Origin: Peptococcaceae bacterium
GTDB taxonomy: Bacteria > Bacillota > Desulfotomaculia > Desulfotomaculales > JACDOK01
Assembly (NCBI GenBank): GCA_017656185.1
Contig: JACDOK010000002.1
Span: 8,768 to 72,767 of the forward strand
Direction of reading: 5' to 3'
Length of the DNA stretch: 64,000 nucleotides
This document shows, in pieces, positions 18,364 to 27,980 of this stretch (position 1 is its first letter; each line of letters starts with the position of its first letter). The notes under the pieces are model-generated. The model ran no database searches. It saw only the letters and a program-made list of their open reading frames with translations, and was not told where the DNA came from. A program made the translations under genes and the position numbers.

Positions 18364-18506
18364 AGACTCCGTCCCTCCTTTTCTCCATAGGCTTTCGCCT
18401 TCTTTCTGAGAATAGTATACATCCATAAAATTTAATTTATTCTTATTTTTCCAAGCAAAATCGTGATTACATAGGACTTGCCTTTATTAGCTCTTTAAAA
18501 CATTCC

Positions 18507-21500
18507 TTAGGAGATTTTAGCTAAAAAGGTCTCTATTTCTCGGACGGAGTCGCAATTATCTGTATTTTGGGCCGCTTTAAGCCAAATTTCAAAGCCATCC
18601 TCTTTTTCTTTAAAACGTACCCGCCCTGAATAGGCTTGGGCCACTTTCACCAGTTTATTACCGGTAAGGGTATGGCGCGGCATAAAAACAAACCGGTAAT
18701 ACCCACCCTGGCGATTGATGGCCTTGATCTTAAGGTTTCGTCCCATCGCGCGCACACGTGCTACCGCCAACAAATTTTGCACGGGAGACGGATAATTGCC
18801 GAAACGATCGCGCAGCTCAACTGCCAGGTCTTCCACCTCCTCATGATTTTTTACCGCTGCTAGCGCGCGATAAAGCTTCACCTTTTGTTCGGCATCGGGA
18901 ACGTATTCATCCGGCAAGTAAGCTGTGACCGGGAGTTCCACCAGAGTATCCACCTCTTCTTCCGCCGGCTGTTCACCTTTGATCTCACGCACGGCTTCCT
19001 CCAGCAAACGGCAGTACATTTCAAAACCTACGACGGCAATGTTGCCGTGCTGTTCGGTACCCAAAAGATTACCGGCACCCCGGATTTCAAGATCCCTTTT
19101 AGCCAGTTTAAATCCTGAACCAAAGTCGGTAAAATCTCTGATCGCGCTAAGGCGTTTTTCGGCAGCCTCACTCAATATCTTGTCCCGGGTAAAAGTGAAG
19201 TAGGCGTAAGCCAAGCGATTGGAACGACCCACTCTTCCCCGCAACTGGTAGAGTTGAGCCAACCCTAATTGATCGGCATCCTTGACGATAAGGGTATTGA
19301 CATTGGGAATATCCATACCGGTCTCGATGATCGTGGTACAGACCAGGATGTCGTAGGCTCCGGCCACAAAATCCAGCATCACCCTTTCCAGGTCCTCTTC
19401 CCTCATTTGACCATGGGCCATAGCGATAGAAGCCTCGGGTACCAGTTCTTGCGCCCATGCTACCACCCGGTCCAATTCCTGCACCCGGTTATGAACCAGG
19501 TAAACCTGTCCTCCCCGGGCTAATTCACGGCGTATAGCCTCCTGAATGATGACCGGGTCTTCCTCGAGCACATAAGTCTGCACCGGGAAACGGTTTTGAG
19601 GAGGCGTTTCCAGCAGGCTGGTATCACGGATGCCGATTAACGACATGTAAAGCGTGCGAGGGATGGGAGTAGCCGTAAGCGTTAAAACGTCCACATTGGC
19701 GCACATCAGCTTCAACCGTTCCTTGTGCACTACGCCGAAACGCTGTTCCTCATCCACTACCACCAAACCCAGGTCATAAAATTTCACATCCTGCGAAACC
19801 AGGCGATGGGTACCAATGACGATATCCACCGTTCCCCGCGCCAGGCCTTTTAATATTTCCTTTTGCTCCCGGGGTGTCTTAAAACGGCTCAAGGACTGAA
19901 TCTCAACCGGGAAACCTTGGAACCTTTCTTTGAAGGTTTGTTCATGCTGTTGTGCCAGTACCGTGGTAGGGACCAGAACGGCTACCTGCTTACCCGCCAT
20001 CACAGCTTTAAAAGCCGCCCGCATGGCCACCTCGGTTTTGCCGTAGCCCACATCACCGCACAACAACCTGTCCATAGGGCGAGGCTTTTCCATATCGGCC
20101 TTGATTTCCGCGATGGCCCGCAGCTGGTCGGGAGTCTCCTCGAAGGGGAAAGCCGCCTCAAATTCGGCCTGCCAGGGCGTATCGGGCGGAAAGGCGTATC
20201 CCGGCATTGATTGTCGTGCCGCGTAAAGCTTAATTAATTCCTCGGCCACTTCTTGAACGGCTTGGCGCACCTTTTTCTTGGTACGCGACCAGTCGCTGCC
20301 CCCCAAGCGGGATAAACGGGGTGTCTCGCCTTCGGCGCCGATAAATTTTTGAATAAGCCCCAGTTGATCAGTGGGCACGTAAAGTTTATCATCGCCGGCA
20401 TATTTCAACAGTAAATATTCGCGCTGCACACCACCAATGGACAGCGGGACAATGCCCATAAACTTTCCTATACCGTGGCTGACATGAACAATATAGTCAC
20501 CTATTTGAAGATCGAGTTCCTCCAGTGTCTTACCTTTGGATACCTTATGACGGCGGGTGTACAGTTTTCTACCGTAAATCTCGTTTTCGGTAAAGACCAC
20601 CATAGAAGCGGCCGGGTATTCAAAACCCTGGCTAAGGGTACCTACCCCCACTATCACGTCACCCGGGGATACTTTCTTAATCGCAGCGGTATGAAAAGCA
20701 TTAACCCCATTCTGACGCAAGTTGCCGACCAGGCGGCGGGCGCGTTCCCGGGTACCTACCAGCAGCACGATACCGTAATTGCGTCGCCGCCAGTTCTTAA
20801 TCTCGTTAACAAGAGTTGTCAAACTGCCTAGAGTACTGGCAATCCCTTTGGCGACAACACCTACCTGCCGTGCTGCCTTGGGAAAGCCGGCTGCGCGAGG
20901 CAAAAAAGCAGCATATACCAGCGGGTGTTTCTTCAGCTGGTCCATTACGGCAGCATAAGGTAAATAAACATCATACTGGCCGGGAAGAATTTGACCCTTC
21001 TCCATCAAAAGCCCGTATCCTTCGGCACGCTGAGCTTCAAACCTTTCAGCCACTTCCGCCACCCGCCCCGGTTCGGCCACCACTACCGTTGTATCGGGAG
21101 GCAGGTAGCCAAACAGGTTAGGCGCCTCCGGATAGAAATAAGGCAGCAGTTCTTCAATACCGGGAAAATAGTTGTGCACGGAAAGGTGGGTCAGTTTTTC
21201 TTCAAACAAGGTTTCCAAAGTTTCGGCGGCCTCACCGTTGCCGCCCCGCCGCAGCTTCTTTATTTGGGACTGTAGTTCCTTATCAATGGCACGGCGGGCC
21301 GGCTCCCAGCGATCCTCAGAGACTACCACCTCATAGGCCGGACCAATAAACACCTTGCGGCCTGCTTCGATCCTGTCTTCGGAACGCTGGGTTTCCGGAT
21401 CAAAGACACGCAGTGATGTGATTTCATCACCCCAGAATTCCACGCGTAATGGTTTTTCACTTGTGGAAGGAAATATGTCGACAATACCGCCCCGGGTAGA

Positions 21501-22019
21501 AAACTCTCCCACGGCCTCAACCTGGGTTACGTGTTCATAACCCAGTGCCCCCAACCGGGTGCGCAGCTCCCCCAAGTCATATGTATCTCCGACCGTCAAT
21601 TCTATCAGGCTGGAACGGAAACAATCGGGCGGTACCAAACGCCTGGGTAATGCCTCTACCGGGGCCACTACCACCGGAGCGCGGTTGAAAAGACAGGCCT
21701 GAAGGGTCGTCAACCGCTTGGTACTGAGGTGTTTGCTGTAGGCCAAGACCTGCGAAGGTAAAATTTCCCAGGGCAAAAAGACAAAAACATCCCGCCCGGG
21801 AAGTAAAATCGAAAGGTCCTCCGCGATCCGGGAGGCCTCTTTTTCCCCGGGTGTAACAATGAGCAAAGGGCGTTGGTCCTGTGCCAGAGCGGCACCGACT
21901 AACGCTTGGTGTTCTCCCCCTACCCCGTACACGAGTAAAGGACCCGCATCCCTCTGGAGCAGGTCAGGCACATCCGCCAGAGGAGGGGTTCCCAACAATA
22001 TGCTTCCTAAACCTTCCAA
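18507..22019 (-). CDS. mfd: transcription-repair coupling factor
   Basis: The 1170-aa protein has a UvrB-homology N-terminus, a CarD-like RID, and DEAD/H helicase motifs (GDVGYGKTEVA, DEEQRFG). Confidence 0.97.
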   Translation of the reverse strand: MEGLGSILLGTPPLADVPDLLQRDAGPLLVYGVGGEHQALVGAALAQDQRPLLIVTPGEKEASRIAEDLSILLPGRDVFVFLPWEILPSQVLAYSKHLSTKRLTTLQACLFNRAPVVVAPVEALPRRLVPPDCFRSSLIELTVGDTYDLGELRTRLGALGYEHVTQVEAVGEFSTRGGIVDIFPSTSEKPLRVEFWGDEITSLRVFDPETQRSEDRIEAGRKVFIGPAYEVVVSEDRWEPARRAIDKELQSQIKKLRRGGNGEAAETLETLFEEKLTHLSVHNYFPGIEELLPYFYPEAPNLFGYLPPDTTVVVAEPGRVAEVAERFEAQRAEGYGLLMEKGQILPGQYDVYLPYAAVMDQLKKHPLVYAAFLPRAAGFPKAARQVGVVAKGIASTLGSLTTLVNEIKNWRRRNYGIVLLVGTRERARRLVGNLRQNGVNAFHTAAIKKVSPGDVIVGVGTLSQGFEYPAASMVVFTENEIYGRKLYTRRHKVSKGKTLEELDLQIGDYIVHVSHGIGKFMGIVPLSIGGVQREYLLLKYAGDDKLYVPTDQLGLIQKFIGAEGETPRLSRLGGSDWSRTKKKVRQAVQEVAEELIKLYAARQSMPGYAFPPDTPWQAEFEAAFPFEETPDQLRAIAEIKADMEKPRPMDRLLCGDVGYGKTEVAMRAAFKAVMAGKQVAVLVPTTVLAQQHEQTFKERFQGFPVEIQSLSRFKTPREQKEILKGLARGTVDIVIGTHRLVSQDVKFYDLGLVVVDEEQRFGVVHKERLKLMCANVDVLTLTATPIPRTLYMSLIGIRDTSLLETPPQNRFPVQTYVLEEDPVIIQEAIRRELARGGQVYLVHNRVQELDRVVAWAQELVPEASIAMAHGQMREEDLERVMLDFVAGAYDILVCTTIIETGMDIPNVNTLIVKDADQLGLAQLYQLRGRVGRSNRLAYAYFTFTRDKILSEAAEKRLSAIRDFTDFGSGFKLAKRDLEIRGAGNLLGTEQHGNIAVVGFEMYCRLLEEAVREIKGEQPAEEEVDTLVELPVTAYLPDEYVPDAEQKVKLYRALAAVKNHEEVEDLAVELRDRFGNYPSPVQNLLAVARVRAMGRNLKIKAINRQGGYYRFVFMPRHTLTGNKLVKVAQAYSGRVRFKEKEDGFEIWLKAAQNTDNCDSVREIETFLAKIS

Positions 22020-22091
22020 GGCAACGACTCCTTGGTTGTGCTCCTCACTATTGTGTATTATTACCTGTTACGATACATTACCATTGTTTAC

Positions 22092-22165
22092 GATAGAATA
22101 TACAGTAGAGATCCAGTAGTAAACAGTGAACAGTGAACGGTGAATAGGAAATAGGAAACAGGTCA
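22092..22165. repeat. mosaic repeat: one 12-mer-family unit followed by six degenerate tandem 7-mers
   Basis: GATAGAATATACAGTAGAG (22092-22110) matches the 12-bp unit at 12521-12580. It is followed by CAGTGAA CAGTGAA CGGTGAA TAGGAAA TAGGAAA CAGGTCA (22124-22165), which abuts the pth stop. Confidence 0.8.
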
Positions 22166-22738
22166 CTGATTACTGCCCCTCACCTGCCAGTTATTATACC
22201 GGTTCATGGCCTGCTGCAGCCCGTCCCGGCAAGCGGTGATAACGGCCTCCACGCATGTTTCCAAAACCTCATCCAGAACTGCCTCTTCTTCGGGACTAAA
22301 CTCCCCCAGCACGTGGGATACAGCGTCTCCCGCTTTCCCGATACCGATCCGCAAACGCGGCACAGCTTCTGTCCCCAAAGTGGCAATGATGGAAGCCAAA
22401 CCTTTATGTCCTCCCGAACCACCCTGTGACCTCAGGCGCAATTTGCCAAAGGGCAAATCCATATCGTCGTAAATCACCAAAATATCACCGGGAGCGACAG
22501 ATAATAAACGGGCCAGGCACCCTACCGCCTCGCCGCTTAAATTCATGTAAGTCAGGGGTTTAGCCAGGGTTATCTTATACCCTTCAATGGCGGCCTCCGT
22601 CGTTAAGGCACGGCAGCGCCTACCGGTATCCTGTGCCTGCACTTTGGAAGCCAACCGGTCCAGAACCATAAACCCGGCATTATGACGTGTACGCCGGTAA
22701 GCGGCACCGGGGTTACCCAGCCCTACGATCAGTTTCAT
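22163..22738 (-). CDS. pth: peptidyl-tRNA hydrolase
   Basis: MKLIVGLGNPG...YRRTRHNAGF is the canonical Pth N-terminus. Confidence 0.96.
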   Translation of the reverse strand: MKLIVGLGNPGAAYRRTRHNAGFMVLDRLASKVQAQDTGRRCRALTTEAAIEGYKITLAKPLTYMNLSGEAVGCLARLLSVAPGDILVIYDDMDLPFGKLRLRSQGGSGGHKGLASIIATLGTEAVPRLRIGIGKAGDAVSHVLGEFSPEEEAVLDEVLETCVEAVITACRDGLQQAMNRYNNWQVRGSNQ

Positions 22739-22740
22739 TG

Positions 22741-23394
22741 TTACTCGGTCTCGCCGGCTTCAGCCGCTGTCTCCCTGGCTTCGCCCCCGGCCGTTTCCTC
22801 TTCCCCGGCTTCTTCTTCCGCTTCGGTCTCTGCTTTCTCCAGGTAGCAGGAAGCAACCACCGTATCCGGATCGGTAAGGATTTTTACCCCTTCCGGAGGA
22901 TTAATCTGGGCAACGTGCAAAGTTTCACCGACATCCAGCGACGATATATCGACCTCAAGGTACTCGGGAATATTGGTCGGTAAGCAGCTTATCTCCACTT
23001 CCCAGAGCAGTTGTTCAACAACGCCGCCTTTTTCAGCCCCTGCCGCATCACCGACAAGGTGTAATGCCGTTGTGGTCTCCAGCTCTTCCTCCAGTGAAAT
23101 TTGTTGAAAATCAACGTGCAGTATTTCCTGCTTGTAAGGGTGGCGTTGTAACTCTTTAATAATGGTATGATACTTTGCCGTTTCACCGTTCCGGGGTATT
23201 TCCATTTCGATCAAGGCCTTGCCGCCGAAGTTGGAAAGAATACTTTCCAACACCCGTCCTTCCACCGCTATCGCCACACTACCGATTTTACGGCCGTAAA
23301 CGACCGCCGGAATTTTGCCTTCCACCTTCAGGCGATTACGGGCACTTCTGCCGCGATCATCCCTTTGCTCTACCTTCATACTTGCGCTAGCCAT
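22741..23394 (-). CDS. rplY: 50S ribosomal protein L25 / general stress protein Ctc
   Basis: It has the L25/Ctc N-terminal domain (RLKVEGKIPAVVYG), a C-terminal beta-domain and an acidic tail. Confidence 0.92.
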   Translation of the reverse strand: MASASMKVEQRDDRGRSARNRLKVEGKIPAVVYGRKIGSVAIAVEGRVLESILSNFGGKALIEMEIPRNGETAKYHTIIKELQRHPYKQEILHVDFQQISLEEELETTTALHLVGDAAGAEKGGVVEQLLWEVEISCLPTNIPEYLEVDISSLDVGETLHVAQINPPEGVKILTDPDTVVASCYLEKAETEAEEEAGEEETAGGEARETAAEAGETE

Positions 23395-23674
23395 TCAAAT
23401 CCCTCCAACATAAGAATATTCCCTCTTAACAGCCATATCAAACGGCTATCCTTCACAGCCCCGTCAAAACACAGCGCCGGGCTATATACAAGACTACTAC
23501 ATAAACCTGGAAACAGGCAAGTTGGAAGGGCTAGAAGAACCGGCAAGCAAATCGGTCATCATAACCGAACAGACCGGAACAAGACTGGAAGAAAAACGAG
23601 ACGCCTGTGGCGCCGTTACAAAACCCGGTCGGAAAACAAACCTCCGCCGACCAAAATGCTGAACCAAACCACTA

Positions 23675-24622
23675 TCAGTCGAAAAGCTTGCTTACCGATA
23701 AATCTTCGTGAACCCTGATAATGGCCTCACCCAACAACGGCGCGACCGACAATACCCTGAATTTATCACGGTTCACGTCCTGACGCAAGGGAATGGTATT
23801 GGTCACAATGACCTTCTTAATTACTGATTCCTGAAGCCGCTCATAGGCCGGGCCGGAAAGTACCGGGTGTGAACAGCAGGCGTAAACTTCACGCGCGCCG
23901 TAATCCAGTAAGGCGGCAGCACCTTTGGTGATGGTCCCGGCCGTATCAATGATATCGTCCAACACCACGGCCGTTTTGCCTTCCACGGGGCCGATGACAT
24001 TGGTTACCTCGGCCACGTTGGGCTCGGGGCGGCGTTTATCTATCACGGCCAGCGGCGCTCCGATGCGTTCTGCCAAATCACGCGCCCGGACAACCCCTCC
24101 TACATCGGGTGAAACTACGACAACATTCTCCAAATGGCTTTGCCGCAAATATCCGGCCAGAATAGGAACAGCCACCAGGTGGTCGACCGGAATGTCAAAA
24201 AAGCCTTGGATCTGCCCGGCGTGCAGGTCCATAGTGATCACTCTTCTGGCACCGGCCGCCGTTAGGAGGTTGGCTACCAGCTTGGCAGTAATAGGCTCAC
24301 GTGCCCTGGTCTTGCGATCCTGACGCGCGTAGCCGTAATAGGGGATTACGGCCGTAATACGGCGCGCCGAAGCCCTGCGTATCGCATCGATCATTACCAG
24401 GAGTTCCATTAAGTTTTCATTAATTGGATGACAGGTAGGTTGGATCACAAACACGTCGGCGCCCCGCACGTTTTCATTGATGCGCACTTTAATCTCACCG
24501 TCTGAAAAACGGGATACCGACGAATCGCCCAGGGGTACGCCGAGATAGTCACAAATCTCGCGAGCCAGGGCGGTATTGGCATTGCCGGAAAAAAGTTTCA
24601 GTTTTTTGTGCCGTGCAAACAC
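23675..24622 (-). CDS. prs: ribose-phosphate pyrophosphokinase
   Basis: LKLFSGNAN..., [11 protein letters not shown] and the PRPP-binding loop [12 protein letters not shown] are present. Confidence 0.97.
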
Positions 24623-26010
24623 TACGATCCCCCCGTATGTCCCTTTCTTCCTTTTTTTCTTGTAACCCAGTCTTCTATATTGGTTTGCCTGCTCCTGGCC
24701 ACGCCTAAAGCCGCCGCGGGTACATCTTCGGTAATGGTAGACCCTGCGGCGACATAAGCCCCCCGGCCTATTCTAACCGGCGCCACCAGATTGGCATTGC
24801 TACCTATAAAAGCACCGTCCTCAATTACGGTCCGGTGTTTTTTCTCCCCGTCATAGTTACAGGTAATGGTACCCGCACCGATATTTACCTTCGCGCCGAC
24901 CTCGGCATCACCTACGTAGCTCAAATGCGGCACCTTGCTGCCGTCCCCAATAATCGCCTTCTTAAGTTCCACAAAATCGCCGACCTTGGCTCCCGTACCA
25001 ACTCTGGTACCGGGACGGAGGTAGGCATAGGGACCGACAACAGCCCTGTCGGCCACATATGCTTCTATCACGGTACTCTGCATAAGCTGTACCCCGGAAC
25101 CTATACGGGCGTCAACAAGCCGCGCGTAAGGACCGATACGGCAGTCTTCCCCGATTACAGAATTTCCTTCAATTAAGGAAAAAGGTGCGATAACGGTATC
25201 GGGGGCAATAACAACACCCCGGTCCACAAAAGTGGAGGCGGGGTCAATTACGGTCACGCCCGAAAGCATCAACTCATCCAGGATACGCCGCCGCATTAAA
25301 TCCGCAACGACCGCCAGCTGCCGCCGGTCGTTGACCCCCAGAATTTCATCGGGGTTATCCGTCCGGTAGGAAGCCACTTGGTAACCATGCCGCCGGTAAA
25401 TGCCGATGATATCCGGCAGGTAATACTCGCCCTGGCGGTTGGCGTTACCGATTTCTTTAAGGGCTGCAAAAAATCCTGCCGCAGCGAAGCAGTAAATACC
25501 GGTATTAATTTCCTTAACGGCCTGTTCCTCGGCAGTGGCGTCTTTTTGTTCCACAACCTGGACCACCATACCGCTGTTATCCCTGATAACCCTACCGTAC
25601 CCATAAGGATTTTCCAGTTCTGTTGTAAGAACGGTTGCCGCCGTCCTGCTGTTGCGGTGATGTGCCACCAGGGCTGCTAAGGTGGCTCCCGTAATAAGAG
25701 GGGTATCCCCGCACACTACGAGTATATCCCCCTCAAAATTTTGCAATAGGTGTTCAGCCTGCATCACGGCGTGCGCCGTACCAAGCTGTTCTTCCTGGCA
25801 GACAACTTCCGCCTGCCCGGCCACCGCTTCCTTGACTTGTTCAAATCCGTAACCGGCTACCACAATCACTTTTTGTGCCCCTGCGTCCTGAACGGCCCGA
25901 AGCACGTGATGCAGCATCGGCAAGCCGGCCACGGGATGCAGCACCTTGGGCCGGCGGGATTTCATACGTGTACCCTTTCCGGCAGCTAAAATAACCGCAG
26001 CTAAAGCCAT
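24622..26010 (-). CDS. glmU: bifunctional UDP-N-acetylglucosamine pyrophosphorylase / GlcN-1-P acetyltransferase
   Basis: It has the N-terminal [11 protein letters not shown] motif and a C-terminal left-handed beta-helix of hexapeptide repeats. Confidence 0.97.
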
Positions 26011-26126
26011 TAGATGCGTTCCCCCAAGCGATAGTAATATTACATCAAATTATTTTGAATACAGTTCCACAGAGAACGCATTCTTCCTCTAAAAACAATA
26101 TTCAGGGGGACGTTGTCCCCCTTTCT

Positions 26127-26414
26127 TTATTGTGTTTCCGTGCCTTCTTGCTCATTGTTTTGATTATGGCTGGCATAAGCAGAAAGTACGGCATCTTGTA
26201 TCAGCGCCCGCATAGACTGGTTAATGGGGTGGGCGATATCGCGAAACTCCCCACTCGGGGTACGCCTGCTGGGCATAGCAACGAAGAGGCCGTTTTGGCC
26301 TTCCACGACTTTTATATCGTGAACCACAAAAGCATTGTCCAGTGTTACAGAAACAATGGCCTTCATCTTGCCTTCTTCGAGTACTTTACGAATTCTGACG
26401 TCAGTTACTTCCAT
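26127..26414 (-). CDS. spoVG: septation/sporulation regulator SpoVG
   Basis: [11 protein letters not shown]...[47 protein letters not shown] is the canonical SpoVG sequence. Confidence 0.97.
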
Positions 26415-26641
26415 CGCTGCTCACCACCTCCCTACCCTAATATGTCAAGATCCTGAATGCACAAAAATTTCTGCGCCTTGGACAAATAATCCTTCTTCGT
26501 GTCAATATTTTTCCCAATAATACGACACGTGATAACGCTGTAACCATAGCATTATTTTCCCTAGAAATTAGAAAAAGATTTATTGCACAGATAACAAAAA
26601 GGAATATAATTTCTAGATAAGGATATGGAGGACAGGTTACG

Positions 26642-27529
26642 ATGAACCTCAGCTATCTGGAAACCTTTATCACGGTAGCCAGGTTACAGAGTTTCTCCCT
26701 TGCTGCCAAAGCTTTAAACCTTACCCAACCGGCTGTCAGCAAACACATCGCCCTGCTCGAAAACCACTACGGTATTAAACTGATAGACCGGAGCAGCCGG
26801 CGGGTAGAATTAACCGAGGCTGGAGAAACACTGCTGCGCTATGCCCAGCAAGTAGTGGATACCCTGCAAGCTGCGGAGGCCAAATTGCATTCCTTTGCCA
26901 TAGGCGTGAGGGGAAAGCTCGTAATAGGAGCCAGTACCATTCCGGGGCATTATGTTATGCCCGGCCTAATAAGTACCTACCAGCGTCGTTATCCCCACGT
27001 GAAAACTTATCTTGAAGTATCGGGCACCGGGCACATCGTGGCCCGTCTTTTAGAAGGCGCCATTAGCATTGGCGCTGTCGGGGCACCTGTTGAACACCCT
27101 CACATCGCGAGCCAACCATTTGCTGTGGACGAAATTGTACTTATTGCACCACCTCAATACCGCTTAGCGCAGAAAACGTCTTTAGAACCGTCCGACCTGG
27201 TTGGGGAAAGAATAGTCTGGCGCGAAAAAACATCCGGTACGCGCCAGGTGGTGGAAACCAAACTGGCCGAAGCCGGCATTAATCCTAGAGATTTACAAAA
27301 CGCCGGTGAATTTGGAAGTACCGAAGCCGTCGTCGCAGCCGTTTCCGCCGGTGCCGGCATGTCCTTTGTCTCGCGCTATGCCGCCGAAAGGGCCGCCCGC
27401 GACGGGCGCGTACAAATTGTACCACTGGAAAACGTTTCTTTAGAAAGACCCCTTTATCTTATTTACCCCCGCGAAAGACTCCTGTCCCCGCCGGCACAAG
27501 CTTTCCTTAATTTTGTGCAGTCCCGGTAA
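26642..27529 (+). CDS. LysR family transcriptional regulator
   Basis: It has an N-terminal wHTH (LSYLETFITVARLQSFSLAAKALNLTQPAVSKHIALLE) and a LysR substrate-binding domain. Confidence 0.9.
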   Translation: MNLSYLETFITVARLQSFSLAAKALNLTQPAVSKHIALLENHYGIKLIDRSSRRVELTEAGETLLRYAQQVVDTLQAAEAKLHSFAIGVRGKLVIGASTIPGHYVMPGLISTYQRRYPHVKTYLEVSGTGHIVARLLEGAISIGAVGAPVEHPHIASQPFAVDEIVLIAPPQYRLAQKTSLEPSDLVGERIVWREKTSGTRQVVETKLAEAGINPRDLQNAGEFGSTEAVVAAVSAGAGMSFVSRYAAERAARDGRVQIVPLENVSLERPLYLIYPRERLLSPPAQAFLNFVQSR

Positions 27530-27649
27530 GGCACTCCCAATTTTGGACAGAATGAACAGGTAAAAACCGCCCGCTAAAAACAATCTTATATTACTTTTTG
27601 TTATGTTTAATATAGAGGAATTTTATATATTGGACCGAATTTTTTAACC

Positions 27650-27744
27650 GGAGGGAATGGAGCTGGTGCTCCCCGCGGACTGCAAATCCGCTGGCCTTAG
27701 CCGTTAAGGCAGGGGTGGTGTTCGATTCCCACTTCCCTCCTCCA
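27650..27744 (+). tRNA. selenocysteine-type (8-bp acceptor, 4-nt D-loop, long variable arm) tRNA with Cys anticodon GCA and U73: tRNAReC / tRNASec-like tRNACys
   Basis: I folded it by hand.
- Acceptor: GGAGGGAA (27650-57) pairs with TTCCCTCC (27733-40), 8 bp, followed by U73 and an encoded CCA.
- D arm: GGAGC-TGGT-GCTCC.
- Anticodon arm: GCGGA-CTGCAAA-TCCGC, with the anticodon GCA at 27682-84.
- Variable arm: 6 bp, GCCTTA-GCCGT-TAAGGC.
- T arm: loop TTCGATT, with a stem GTGG(U)G/CCCAC that needs one bulged U.

Total length is 95 nt. Confidence 0.8.
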
Positions 27745-27980
27745 TTTCTATTTTCATTTCTCCATGACTTTTCATAATAACGACCAGACCAAAATGCTAA
27801 CTAACTTTATCGTCATCCTTATTTATTCCAAAGAGCAATCGAACGGATAACAGGAGCTTATTTCTTTAACGCGAAGCATAGGCATAAAACCAAATTTTAT
27901 CCAGGGGGTGAAATATTTTTATACTTAAGCTTATTGTTGGGTTTAAATTGCATTACTTTTAAGGAGGTACATAAGCACCG

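Noticed and set aside
23167-23718. A 183-aa plus-strand ORF spans the ctc 5' end, the ctc-prs spacer and the prs 3' end.
   Set aside because: It overlaps two well-supported minus-strand genes and an intergenic terminator region. It is very basic and low-complexity, so it is most likely spurious.
27650-27744. The Sec-like tRNA could be a decayed selC pseudogene, because its T stem needs a bulged U and its D stem is 5 rather than 6 bp.
   Set aside because: This is not rejected outright. The perfect 8-bp acceptor, intact anticodon arm, perfect 6-bp extra arm, canonical TTCGATT loop, encoded CCA and coherent Cys identity set (GCA plus U73) all argue for a functional gene. I have flagged it for covariance-model and expression checks.
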